Under the pieces are notes generated by a model. The model searched no databases. It worked only from the letters and a program-made list of their open reading frames with translations, and was not told the origin of the DNA. Positions 29,878-39,931 of a stretch of 64,000 nucleotides of DNA are shown here, piece by piece. Source of the stretch: an uncultured Verrucomicrobiae bacterium (GTDB taxonomy: Bacteria > Chlamydiota > Chlamydiia > Chlamydiales > Rhabdochlamydiaceae); NCBI GenBank assembly GCA_963818965.1, contig CAWFUG010000009.1, positions 416,001 through 480,000 on the forward strand. The letters run 5' to 3'. Numbering within the stretch: the stretch's first letter is position 1; every line of letters starts with the position of its first letter. Both the position numbers and the translations under genes were made by a program.

Positions 29878-30037
29878 TCCCCTTACACGTTAAAGAGTAA
29901 AGCTGCATTTTAGGGAGGTGGCGCTCGCTAGTCAATTAAAATAAAAATTTAACAGTTTTAAGGCTTTGGTGCGTTGTTTTTTATTTCCACGTTTTATATA
30001 ATATAATTAAAAACAATATGTATTTTAAATTAATTCT

Positions 30038-32254
30038 ATGAATTCTGTTTTCTTTTCTGATCACACTTTTGTAACGCATCTATTCAGCATTTTTCAGGAA
30101 GATGCGCGACATATGCAGGGCACCGATGCTGCTGGACTGCTCGAAATCGAGCGTCTGAAAAATTGCTCGCAGGTGTGTGAATTGTGGCGCAAATACGCAC
30201 TGGAGCTCTCTTTAGAAGTAAAGGTCCAAGGGACCCGATTCATCCCTATCGCCGATTATACTCCTCGACTCTATGCTGTAGAATATGAGCGTTTTGATTT
30301 GCTCCCCTTTATCGATCGATTAGAGCATGGTTTTACGCTAAAAATGGCCAAAATGAAGCTGAGTGCATTGCATCGGTACGAGATCGATGGGCATTATAAA
30401 GTAGACCAAATCACATTTAATCCCGCCGTAGACCACGTCACGCATCACCACTACTTAGCTCAATGGCTTTATCAGTCTCTGCATCTCTTTTTTTATCACT
30501 TCCCCGTCGACGAAACATGGAATGCTTCCTGTAGAGATAAGGCTTTGCGTGCAGTGAATGATTTTCGTGAGAACAGTTTCTACTGTACCACTTGTTCTGA
30601 GAGTTTTCGAGAATGTAAGCTCGGAGAGGTTCAGAAGGTTTTTGGGAACAAGGCAATCATGTGCGTAGACAGTGCCAGTCAAGTGTGTGGGAATACCCAT
30701 TGGGTGAATTTCCTTATTTATGGAAATCAAATCGCCCTTGCAAACCGGGGGAAAAACTCAGATGATTTACCCGGGGCGTGTATCTATTCCCTGTCAGAGG
30801 TCGATCCTTCAATGCCCATGAATCAATTAATCGATTTTTTTCAATATGTCGAGCCAGACGTTCATCTAAAGCTATCTCATCAAAGGAGTGGCTCTTGTTC
30901 GCGCACTAGTTTTGAGGGAGATTTTCTCAGCCTCATTTTTTTCATTCTAGAGGAGGAACATGCTTTACACGGATTGAAAGACAATAAGACCATCTACCGG
31001 GTTTTCAATGCATGGAGACAAGCGGATCATTCTCAGGGATTATATGAAATCATGCATGAGGATCTGTCGATAAATTATGATCCTCATCTGCTCGTTCGCG
31101 TGCTTGCAGCATTTAATGGATCCCCAGAAGAGGTAGAAACATTTTACGATTTTCTAAGGGATACAAAACAAGTCGATTGGGATTTGATCAATAAAACGGA
31201 AGATACGGCGGGGAAGGTTCCTGTCAATTACATCCCGCTTGAGGATTTTCCTAAGAAAGAGAGGCTTTTTGCTCGAGAACTCATAGCTGCTTATCGCAAT
31301 CAAGCTTTGAAGGAGATTTGGAGAGCCTGCCATTCTCTCTTTGCAAAGAGAGCTGCACCTAAGGTAAACGCTTCCATCGATGAAATTAGGGCCTTTTTTC
31401 TCGATCTGAACAACGCACCTTTATTCGATCGGTGTAGGACCCTCACATTAGCGGGATCTGAGTTAAAGGAGCTGCCTCAAGAGGAAATGAGGATTTTACG
31501 AAAGGTAGATAAGCTGAATCTTTCTTATAATGCATTTAGCCATTTTCCAAAATGGGAGTTTTCCAATTTAAAATGGTTAAATATGGATGTGAATTTGATC
31601 GAGAGCTTTGAAGGGTTTCAAAACGACTCTATTGAGCATCTGTCTGCTAATGGGAATACGATTTCTGTTGTTTCAGATCTAGTTTTTTTAAATCTAAAAA
31701 TTCTCAGTCTTAAAAGGAATGGGTTGTCGGATTTCTCAAATATGAACCTGCCTAATTTAATCATTTTGAATCTTCGTTCTAATGAGATTGAGAAAATTGA
31801 AAATTGTTTTTTTCCAAAACTGAAGAAGCTCTCTTTGGATGAGAATCTGTTAACCGAGATTCCCGATTCTATCCGCAATCTCTCTGAATTGGAAATACTC
31901 TCGCTGTCTGAAAATGATATTTCTGAAGTCAATGGCTTGAACTTTCCCAATTTGTCTTGGTGGGATCTTTCAGCAAATCAACTGACTGCAGTTCCCGATC
32001 TAAAGCTGCGCAACTTAAAGTACTGGGATTTAGGAAGCAATCGATTGCGTTCGGTGCCCAACTTTACAGGTCTTGAAAATTTGATCGAATTGAATCTATC
32101 TCTGAATGAGATCCAATCAGTACCCGATTTTAAAGACCTGGCTCGATTAAGATCCCTGTCGCTCAGCTGCAACAGGCTCAGAGAAAAGCCCGTCTTCACA
32201 CGCCTACACCCCACCATGACCATCGATCTGACTAGCAACCCGTTCAAAAGATAA
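30038..32254 (+). CDS. Leucine-rich repeat protein with uncharacterised N-terminal domain (candidate effector)
   Basis: About 12 C-terminal LxxLxLxxN repeats; N-terminal HWV...NRG...QRSGSC. Confidence 0.85.
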   Translation: MNSVFFSDHTFVTHLFSIFQEDARHMQGTDAAGLLEIERLKNCSQVCELWRKYALELSLEVKVQGTRFIPIADYTPRLYAVEYERFDLLPFIDRLEHGFTLKMAKMKLSALHRYEIDGHYKVDQITFNPAVDHVTHHHYLAQWLYQSLHLFFYHFPVDETWNASCRDKALRAVNDFRENSFYCTTCSESFRECKLGEVQKVFGNKAIMCVDSASQVCGNTHWVNFLIYGNQIALANRGKNSDDLPGACIYSLSEVDPSMPMNQLIDFFQYVEPDVHLKLSHQRSGSCSRTSFEGDFLSLIFFILEEEHALHGLKDNKTIYRVFNAWRQADHSQGLYEIMHEDLSINYDPHLLVRVLAAFNGSPEEVETFYDFLRDTKQVDWDLINKTEDTAGKVPVNYIPLEDFPKKERLFARELIAAYRNQALKEIWRACHSLFAKRAAPKVNASIDEIRAFFLDLNNAPLFDRCRTLTLAGSELKELPQEEMRILRKVDKLNLSYNAFSHFPKWEFSNLKWLNMDVNLIESFEGFQNDSIEHLSANGNTISVVSDLVFLNLKILSLKRNGLSDFSNMNLPNLIILNLRSNEIEKIENCFFPKLKKLSLDENLLTEIPDSIRNLSELEILSLSENDISEVNGLNFPNLSWWDLSANQLTAVPDLKLRNLKYWDLGSNRLRSVPNFTGLENLIELNLSLNEIQSVPDFKDLARLRSLSLSCNRLREKPVFTRLHPTMTIDLTSNPFKR

Positions 32255-32574
32255 GTCTTAATACGAAGCCTTGTAAAAAACGAACTCAGTGCTTTTGTTT
32301 TCCTTTAATGAAGTGTATAGAATTTCTTCATCTTTTCCTTTTGGGATTTTTATTACTCCGAAATTAGGATCAAAAAAGAAATTTTGTCCTTTGTTTTTGA
32401 AGTAGACGCAAGTATGGCCTTCATCTTTTTTTGGATCGCCCTGCTTGAAAATATAGAATCCATTTGGTTGGATTTTGCTTTGTTGCTGAAATTCACCACA
32501 GAGCCTTGGGAAGGGGGGCGTCTCGGTCCTTAATTTTATACTCTACCCCTTCCATCATCTAGATGTAACTTGGG

Positions 32575-32760
32575 TCAAAATCGGATCCAATCTATAATTC
32601 CTCCTCGTAATGTAGAGGCCGAGCTATCATTGGCGCTTGTAAGCCCGGCACAGAGAATGGCACGCAAAAGGTCACGTAAGCATCGCTGGTGAGATCGTAA
32701 GATCATCCCGTTTAGGAGAATGTTGGCTTAACACCTTTTGCACATTGCACTTAACCCAAG
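32575..32760 (+). ncRNA. Putative IS110 bridge RNA (left non-coding end); boundaries approximate
   Basis: CACAGAG-AATG (32649) matches target flank plus core; TTAGGAG-AATG (32712) matches IS right end plus core; 9-bp stem 32664-72/32733-41; GATC-GTAA-GATC hairpin. Confidence 0.65.
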
Positions 32761-32768
32761 GAATTTTC

Positions 32769-34126
32769 ATGAACACCGAAATCGTGAATCAATCATCATC
32801 CATTAAAATTATCAATCCGAACGCTGCAGGAATAGACATAGGGGCTTCCTCCCATTTCGTTGCAGTGCCCGAAAACAGAAGTAAAGAGTTTGTTAAAGAA
32901 TTTGGGTGCTTTACCCCAGATATTGAAAACATGATTACATGGTTAAGGGAATGCAAAATCAAAACAATAGTTATGGAATCGACTGGATCCTATTGGATAC
33001 CGGTCTTTGAAATGCTGGATCAAGCCGGATTTGAGGTAAAATTGGTAGATGCCCACCATGTAAAGAATGTAAGAGGACGCAAGTCAGATGTAATAGACTG
33101 TCAGTGGCTTCAACAATTGCACACCCACGGCCTACTCTCGGCAGCTTTCCGTCCAGAAAATGAGATAGTAGAGCTAAGAAGTTTCCTCAGACAAAGGTCC
33201 ATGCTCATTGAAACAGCCTCTATGCATATCCAACACATGCAAAAGGCACTCGTTCAAATGAACCTACACCTGAACAATGTGATAAGTGACATCACTGGAG
33301 CAACAGGTATAGCTATAATAAGAGCGATTGTGTCAGGGGAAAGAAACCTCGATAATTTGGCAAAACTAAGAGACCCTCGGTGTAAACAACCTGAATCTGT
33401 AATCAGGAAATCTCTTCAAGGCAACTACCGACCAGAACACCTATTTGCCTTAAAACAAGCCCTTGAAGCCTACGACTTTTTCCAAAAAAAAATCGCCGAA
33501 TGCGACAACGAGATAAAAAAAAACTCGAAGTGCTCTCCCCAATAAAAGAGACACCCTCACTGACAAAAAAGCCAAAAAAGCTAAAAAAATACGAATACGC
33601 TTTTAATGTAGCCGACCACCTAAAACAGCTCATAGGAACGGACCTAACAACGGTACCCGGGATAGACGTAAGCACTGCTCTGAAGTTAATCTCGGAAATA
33701 GGAACAAATATAAGAAAATGGCCAACAGAAAAACACTTCTGTGCCTGGCTAGGATTATGTCCTGGCACCAGAATATCCGGAGGAAGGCGAATTAGTAGCC
33801 ACACCTCGCATTGTACCAATAAGGCAGCGATTGCATTGAGAATGGCAGCAAGCTCATTATACAAAAGCAAAACAGCACTTGGAGCTCACTTAAGACGCAT
33901 GAAAGCACGTATGGGTCCTGTTGAAGCAGTGACGGCAACAGCCCACAAAATGGCAAGGGCCCTTTATCAGATGATACTGCGAAAAGAAGACTTTAGAGAA
34001 GCTGGCTCAGACTTTTACGATAAACTACACCAAGACAAAACACTGAAATTTTTGAAGAAGAGAGCCGCCTCCATGGGATATGTCCTAACTGAAATGGAAA
34101 AAATGAAAAGCGCTGTGCACCAATAA
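32769..34126 (+). CDS. IS110 transposase/recombinase, split by a frameshift in an A9 run (33515-33523)
   Basis: GIDIG, MESTG, KSDVID (DEDD) in ORF1; VPGID...LGLCPGTRISGG (catalytic Ser), ATAHKMAR in ORF2. Confidence 0.92.
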
Positions 34127-34423
34127 CTTAGCTTGAAGTTACTTAGGAGAGGGGAAACCACAGAGAGGAAATTCATATTAAAAAGTTTCCTCTCTGTGGT
34201 TTTTCCTCTCTGTGGTGAAATTGCATCTATTCAGAATGGAATAATGGGGAGCTAGATTAGCTCCTCATGGATGATGCAACAACGCCGAGACCGTCTCTAA
34301 TCGCTTGACTTCTTTACCTCGCTTCGCATAAAAGTGGGTATGAACCTATCCTTATAAAAAATTTCAGTCGATTTTCGGGGATGGTTTTGTAGCACTTTTG
34401 TTTTTGCGGGGGCTTTAAAGTTT

Positions 34424-35860
34424 ATGTCTATTCAGGAACTCGTCGCGCGCAAGTATGTACCTGTCAGCGTCTTTCAACTCTTTTCAATCGGAATCGGTCC
34501 TTCTAGTTCGCACACGGTAGGCCCCATGCGGGCAGCGCGGACTTTTGCAGAAGACCTCCTTTCCAAGGGGTTGATGCCCATCGTCAAGTCTCTTAATATC
34601 GAATTATTCGGGTCGCTCGCTATGACGGGAAAGGGACATGGGACAGATATCGCCGTACTGCTCGGAATGGAAGGAGAGCGCCCAGAAGCCGTTGATCCCA
34701 ATTGTGTCCAAGGGCGTGTCGCTGCAATTTCAAGAGCAAAAGTGCTCAATATCTTAGGGACCCATCCCATTGCTTTCGACGTCGATACGCATCTCATTTT
34801 TCATAGGGGTAAGCGGTTTACCTATCATTCCAATGGACTGCGCTTTAAAGCGTACGACGCGCGGGGAGATGTGGTGCATTCTGATATCTATTATTCTGTG
34901 GGAGGAGGGTTTGTCGTCTCTCAAGATGAAGCGTTAGGGGGGATCAGTGCAGGGCATAACGTCTTCAGAGATTCTGCTCCCTATCCTTTTCAGACTTGTG
35001 CGGAGCTCTTAGAGCATTGCAGAGAAACGGGTCTATCGATTGCCGAGCTCGTCTTAGAGAATGAGAAGGTGTGGCGGAAAGAGGGAGAGGTCCGCTCAGG
35101 GATTTTGAAAATTTGGCAGATCATGCAAGAGTGTGTGCAGAGGGGCTTGAGTCAAGAGGGGATTTTGCCGGGAGGGCTCAATGTGAGGCGCAGGGCCAAA
35201 CAGATGTATGAGACTTTGACGTGGGACGGGCCTTTGCTAAAAGACCCTTCTGAAATTTTCGATTGGGTGAGCCTTTTTGCGCTAGCGGTCAATGAAGAAA
35301 ATGCGGCAGGGGGGCGTGTGGTAACGGCTCCTACAAATGGGGCTGCGGGAATCATCCCCGCTGTTTTGCACTATTATCAAAAATTCACTCCTCAGCCTAC
35401 GGAAGAGGGGATTGTGACATTTTTTCTAACGGCGACTGCGGTTGGGATTCTCTACAAAGAGGGAGCTTCCCTCTCTGCGGCGGAGATGGGGTGTCAAGGG
35501 GAGGTGGGCGTTGCGACATCGATGGCAGCAGCAGGCCTTGCAGCAGCGCTTGGAGCCACCAATGAGCAGATCGAAAATGCTGCAGAAATCGGGATGGAGC
35601 ATAATTTGGGCTTGACGTGTGATCCGGTTGGGGGCCTGGTGCAAATTCCCTGTATCGAGCGGAATACGATGGGCGCGATCAAGGCGATCAATGCGGCGCG
35701 CTTAGCCAGAATTCATGGGGATGGCCACTCTCACTGTGTCTCTTTAGATCAGGTCATCGGGGCGATGCGAGAGACGGGAGAGGATATGCAGGCAAAGTAC
35801 AAAGAGACCTCAGAAGGGGGGCTTGCCCTTCAGGTGCCCGTCAATCTACCAGAGTGTTAA
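34424..35860 (+). CDS. sdaA: L-serine dehydratase (Fe-S)
   Basis: [48 protein letters not shown]. Confidence 0.96.
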   Translation: MSIQELVARKYVPVSVFQLFSIGIGPSSSHTVGPMRAARTFAEDLLSKGLMPIVKSLNIELFGSLAMTGKGHGTDIAVLLGMEGERPEAVDPNCVQGRVAAISRAKVLNILGTHPIAFDVDTHLIFHRGKRFTYHSNGLRFKAYDARGDVVHSDIYYSVGGGFVVSQDEALGGISAGHNVFRDSAPYPFQTCAELLEHCRETGLSIAELVLENEKVWRKEGEVRSGILKIWQIMQECVQRGLSQEGILPGGLNVRRRAKQMYETLTWDGPLLKDPSEIFDWVSLFALAVNEENAAGGRVVTAPTNGAAGIIPAVLHYYQKFTPQPTEEGIVTFFLTATAVGILYKEGASLSAAEMGCQGEVGVATSMAAAGLAAALGATNEQIENAAEIGMEHNLGLTCDPVGGLVQIPCIERNTMGAIKAINAARLARIHGDGHSHCVSLDQVIGAMRETGEDMQAKYKETSEGGLALQVPVNLPEC

Positions 35861-35863
35861 GCG

Positions 35864-37459
35864 ATGTCTACCCCATTACAAAAGGCACGCAGGGATGCTC
35901 CCTTAAAATCCCCTAAAATCCTCTCTTCTGCCATCGATTGGGATGAACTAGCGCTCTCCCAAGAAAAAGAATCGATTCGTTCGCTTTTCCCCAAGACAGG
36001 GGGGCAACCTCTTCTAAGAGGGATACCCCACTCGGGCAAGAACAAAAGCTCTTCCCCAATGCGCGTAGGAGTCGTCTTTTCAGGAGGTCAAGCATCTGGA
36101 GGACATAACGTCATTATCGGCCTCTTCGAAGCACTTAAAACCCTACACACCGATTCGCAGCTATTTGGTTTTTTAGATGGACCCTCTGGGATTTTATTGC
36201 AGAAGACAGCGGAATTGACAGCAGATCGATTAAAAGAGTACCGCAATCAGGGAGGGTTTGATCTTCTGGGATCGGGGCGCACGAAAATTGAGACCTCAGA
36301 CCAGCTCAATACATGTCTCAGTACAATGCAGAAGATGCAGCTAGATGGATTAGTGATCATCGGGGGAGATGATTCGAATACCAATGCCGCTGTTTTGGCG
36401 GAGTATTTTATGCAGCACAACTGCTCCACCAAAGTCATCGGTGTGCCTAAGACGATCGATGGCGATTTACAAAATGAGTATGTCGCGATCTCTTTTGGTT
36501 TTGATACCGCCTCCAAGACCTATTCTGAGATCATTGGCAATATCGCAAGAGATGCCATTTCAGCTAAAAAATACACCCATTTTATCAAATTGATGGGGCG
36601 TTCTGCTTCCCATGTCGCTTTGGAATGCGCTCTTTCTACCCATCCTAATTTAACGTTCATCAGCGAAGAAGTGCGCGAGAAAGGACAGACGCTCTCCGAT
36701 TTGACACGAGAGATCGCCGATCTCATCTGCGCCCGTTCTAGTTTGGGGAAAAACTTTTCGATCCTATTGATCCCTGAAGGATTGATCGAATTCATCCCCG
36801 AAGTCTCCCTTTTAATCCAAGAGCTGAACCAGCTTGTATCCTCCACTCCTAATGCCAATCCGTCTACAGCTTTAAGCGAATCGGCGCGCACCTGTTTTTG
36901 CTCGCTTCCCGAATCGATTCAGAAGCAACTGCTGCTCAATCGCGATCCGCATGGAAATGTCCAAGTTTCCCTGATCGAAACAGAACAGCTCTTCATCCAA
37001 ACCGTTTCTCATGAGCTCGAAAAAAGAAAAAGAGAAGGGGGCTTTTCCGGTGTGTTCACGCCGATGCACCATTTTCTCGGCTACGAGGGACGGGCCGCAT
37101 TTCCCACTCTTTTTGATTGTCACTATTGCTATGCACTTGGACAAACAGCTGCGCTACTGCTCGACCGCGGATGTTCAGGCTATATGGCCTTTATCGATCG
37201 ACTCGATGAGACTGTGGAACACTGGGGAATCGGAGGCGTGCCGCTCACTCAGCTGATGCATCTCGAAATGAGGAAGGGTAAAGAAAAAGCAGTCGTCAAG
37301 AAGTGTTTTATCGACTTGAAAGGAGCGCTCTTCTCTCAGTTTCAGCAAGAGAGAAAATCCTGGGAATTAGAAGACCATTACCTCTTCCCCGGTCCCATTC
37401 AATTCAGTGGAGACCCTTCTTTAACCGCCAACCCCCCGCTGTCCATTGCTCTTTCTTAA
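35864..37459 (+). CDS. pfp: Pyrophosphate-dependent phosphofructokinase
   Basis: SGGQASGGHNV, GGDDSNTNAA, PKTIDGDL, MGRSASH. Confidence 0.93.
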   Translation: MSTPLQKARRDAPLKSPKILSSAIDWDELALSQEKESIRSLFPKTGGQPLLRGIPHSGKNKSSSPMRVGVVFSGGQASGGHNVIIGLFEALKTLHTDSQLFGFLDGPSGILLQKTAELTADRLKEYRNQGGFDLLGSGRTKIETSDQLNTCLSTMQKMQLDGLVIIGGDDSNTNAAVLAEYFMQHNCSTKVIGVPKTIDGDLQNEYVAISFGFDTASKTYSEIIGNIARDAISAKKYTHFIKLMGRSASHVALECALSTHPNLTFISEEVREKGQTLSDLTREIADLICARSSLGKNFSILLIPEGLIEFIPEVSLLIQELNQLVSSTPNANPSTALSESARTCFCSLPESIQKQLLLNRDPHGNVQVSLIETEQLFIQTVSHELEKRKREGGFSGVFTPMHHFLGYEGRAAFPTLFDCHYCYALGQTAALLLDRGCSGYMAFIDRLDETVEHWGIGGVPLTQLMHLEMRKGKEKAVVKKCFIDLKGALFSQFQQERKSWELEDHYLFPGPIQFSGDPSLTANPPLSIALS

Positions 37460-38114
37460 GGTAAAGTGGTTTTTCTTCAAAGAAAAGCAGTTCATCAAGA
37501 AACACGCTCCCTTTTTCCTTCCGATCGAACGTTCCTTGAAGCGCGCCTACCGATTTCAGAGTCCTTTTCGCGTCAGTAAGGCCTATTTACAGAAAAAAGG
37601 GGAGCGCGACGTCCATCAGTATGGAGAGACGCCGCTGCCTGCACTCGTCACTATCGCAACGGAATGCGATCTAGGTCCTGATGATTATATCATCGATTTG
37701 GGGTGTGGTACGGGGCGTGGGGTTTTGTTTTGGGCGGAATGGCTCGGCTGTTCTGTAAAAGGCGTCGACCAGATCCCTCTTTTCATCGAAAAGGCCCGGC
37801 AAATTATACCCCGCCCGCTTGAGGATTGCGAATTTGAGCGGCATGAGAGCTCCCGCGCGACCTTTACCTGCGAAGATATCGAGCAGACAGATCTTCAGGA
37901 CGCTACCGTCATTTACCTCTATGGGACCTGTCTTCCAGAAGAGGTCATCGAACGCCTCGTTCGGCGATTCGAAACTCTAAAAAGGGGAACGAAAATCATC
38001 ACCGTGAGCTTCCCTCTCGATGCTTACTCCTCCCAGTTCCATGTTCAAAAGCAATTTTCTGTCACGTTTCCCTGGGGAGAGGGTGAAGTATACCTAACTA
38101 CAGTATGTTCTTGA
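37446..38114 (+). CDS. Class I SAM-dependent methyltransferase (DOT1-like YGE motif); start uncertain
   Basis: YGETP, IIDLGCGTG, ATVIYLYGTC, GTKIITVS. Confidence 0.8.
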   Translation: MLFLKVKWFFFKEKQFIKKHAPFFLPIERSLKRAYRFQSPFRVSKAYLQKKGERDVHQYGETPLPALVTIATECDLGPDDYIIDLGCGTGRGVLFWAEWLGCSVKGVDQIPLFIEKARQIIPRPLEDCEFERHESSRATFTCEDIEQTDLQDATVIYLYGTCLPEEVIERLVRRFETLKRGTKIITVSFPLDAYSSQFHVQKQFSVTFPWGEGEVYLTTVCS

Positions 38115-38976
38115 ACTCCGCTTGCAAGATCGCATAGGCGAGAAAGGGATCTCGGCACTGGGCTTTAATGAGCTTGCCTTTAATGAGTACTTCGATGTAG
38201 CCACGGCCTAAACCTGCTTTGAGTTCCTCTTTAGTGAAGGCGGGATTCGTCGCAATCGCTTCGGAAAACTCTCGGTAAGATTCTCCAGAGTGGTTGACTT
38301 CTCCGCAGAGGATCGGCACATCTCCCATCAATGTTCCTGCATCGGGAGCTACAGCGCCGAGCACACTGCACTTGTTGATATAATAGCCCGTCTCTTCTTC
38401 CAATTCACGCGTGGCAGCGGCTTCAATCGTCTCCCCTTCTTTGCGTTGGCCGCGGGGGAGTTCGATTTCCCAGCTGCGCGTCGCATGACGGTAGTTAACA
38501 TTGACGATGATCTTCTTGTTCGAAAGCAATGGGAGGATCGCTACTCCAGGGCTCCCTGTCATTCCACTTTTCCAGAGCAACCGATCATAAGTTCCATAGA
38601 CGCCAGAGGGGAAAATGACTGCATCTCGGATCCACATCCAGTAATTATCTTCAGCGACAATTCCGACAGAACTCCATTCCTTCGCCTCTTTTTCTGAAGC
38701 TCCTTTGGAGATGAGGCGCAGACGGGTCTGATTTTCGATTCGCTTGATCATTTCAGGGGAGGAAGCGACTTCAATTTCCCCATTTTCCCAATTGCCAAAG
38801 GGACCGAATGCCTTCGGGTGTTCTTCGAATAAGCGTAGATAGCGGGAGAGGGCTTGAGGGAGTTCCACCTTTTGTGGTTTTTCTTGAGAAGGAGCGGTTT
38901 TTGTCTTTCCATCCGCAGCAGACAAAGCGAGGGAGATACAAAGAACGGGGACGAGAACTGTCGTGATCTTCCACAT
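38098..38976 (-). CDS. Nudix hydrolase (ADP-ribose pyrophosphatase-like) with signal peptide
   Basis: Nudix box ELPRGQRKEGETIEAAATRELEEETG, YRHA; N-terminus MWKITTVLVPVLCISLALSAA. Confidence 0.85.
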   Translation of the reverse strand: MWKITTVLVPVLCISLALSAADGKTKTAPSQEKPQKVELPQALSRYLRLFEEHPKAFGPFGNWENGEIEVASSPEMIKRIENQTRLRLISKGASEKEAKEWSSVGIVAEDNYWMWIRDAVIFPSGVYGTYDRLLWKSGMTGSPGVAILPLLSNKKIIVNVNYRHATRSWEIELPRGQRKEGETIEAAATRELEEETGYYINKCSVLGAVAPDAGTLMGDVPILCGEVNHSGESYREFSEAIATNPAFTKEELKAGLGRGYIEVLIKGKLIKAQCRDPFLAYAILQAEFKNIL

Positions 38977-39075
38977 AATTTTTTCTCCGTGAAGAATCGT
39001 TGGGCAGAAGGGTATACGCTTTGATTTTTTTTTGCAAGTAAGGGTATTCTAAAAATTTTAATCAATGGAGGGGTA

Positions 39076-39876
39076 ATGGATCTACCAGATATAGGACTAG
39101 GGACTTGGGAACTTAAAGGGGAGGAGTGTACGAAGATCGTAGAGATGGCTTTAGACCTGGGGTATCGGCATATCGATACGGCTCATTTGTATGGGAACCA
39201 TGGAGCCATCAAGAAGGCGATGAAGGGGTTTGATCGAAGAGAGCTCTATCTCACTTCGAAATTATCTGTGGATGAAGAGATCGATAGCGCAAAGCCGAAG
39301 GCGTCTGTTCAAAAGGCTTGCGAGCGAGCACTCAAAGAGCTCGGCACAGATTACCTCGATCTCTATCTGATCCATTGGCCAGATGAGAAGTTCCCTTTGG
39401 AAGAGATTTTTTTTGCGATGGAAGAACTCGTAAAAGAAGGGAAAATTCGACATGCCGGTGTGAGCAATTACAATACCCACCATCTCGAAGATCTCCGCAA
39501 AGCGGGTAAGACCCCCTTTGCCAATCAAGTCGAATTTCACCCCTATTTGAACCAAAAAGAGCTGCTCGCATACTGCCAGTCGCATCAGATCCGACTCATC
39601 GCCTTTCGCCCTTTTGGCAAGGGGAAATTACTCCAAGAGGAACCACTCTTTAGCAAAATCGGCGCTCGCTATGGCAAAACAGGGGCCCAGGTGATTTTGC
39701 GGTGGTTGATTCAAAAGAAGGTTCCCGTGATCCCTAAGGCTTCTTCTAAAGAGCATCTTAGGGGCAACTTAGAGGTCTTTGATTTTGCGCTCACCCAGGA
39801 AGAAATGGGGCAGTTGGAGGATCTAGACCAGAATAAACGCTACTGTCAACCCGATCATCCTGCTTATGATTATTGA
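39076..39876 (+). CDS. Aldo/keto reductase (DkgA/B-like)
   Basis: GLGTW, GYRHIDTA, DLYLIHWP, NQVEFHP, IPKAS. Confidence 0.92.
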   Translation: MDLPDIGLGTWELKGEECTKIVEMALDLGYRHIDTAHLYGNHGAIKKAMKGFDRRELYLTSKLSVDEEIDSAKPKASVQKACERALKELGTDYLDLYLIHWPDEKFPLEEIFFAMEELVKEGKIRHAGVSNYNTHHLEDLRKAGKTPFANQVEFHPYLNQKELLAYCQSHQIRLIAFRPFGKGKLLQEEPLFSKIGARYGKTGAQVILRWLIQKKVPVIPKASSKEHLRGNLEVFDFALTQEEMGQLEDLDQNKRYCQPDHPAYDY

Positions 39877-39931
39877 TTATTTTAAAAAATAACTGTATTT
39901 GTAAAACAAGCGGATCAATTGTGGGGTTTTT

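Larger units (their letters stand above)
32504..34149 (+). mobile_element. IS110-family insertion sequence
   Basis: DEDD recombinase gene, no terminal IRs, GAG at both junctions (32501-03 and 34147-49). Excision regenerates the sequence seen intact at 13029-13056. Confidence 0.92.
32481..34286. repeat. Repeat family A, copy 5, split by the IS110 insertion
   Basis: Left part TGTTGCTGAAATTCACCACAGAG (32481-32503); right part GAGAGGGGAAACCACAGAGAGG...GCAACAACGCC (34147-34286). Confidence 0.9.

Noticed and set aside
32504..32553. GGAAGGGG/CCCCTTCC inverted repeat as IS terminal IRs
   Set aside because: Both arms are in the left end; it is a local hairpin, not paired termini.
32598..32606. TTCCTCCTC as the right target guide
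   Set aside because: Only an imperfect, gapped match to TTCCCCTCTC and probably paired with GAGG at 32615.
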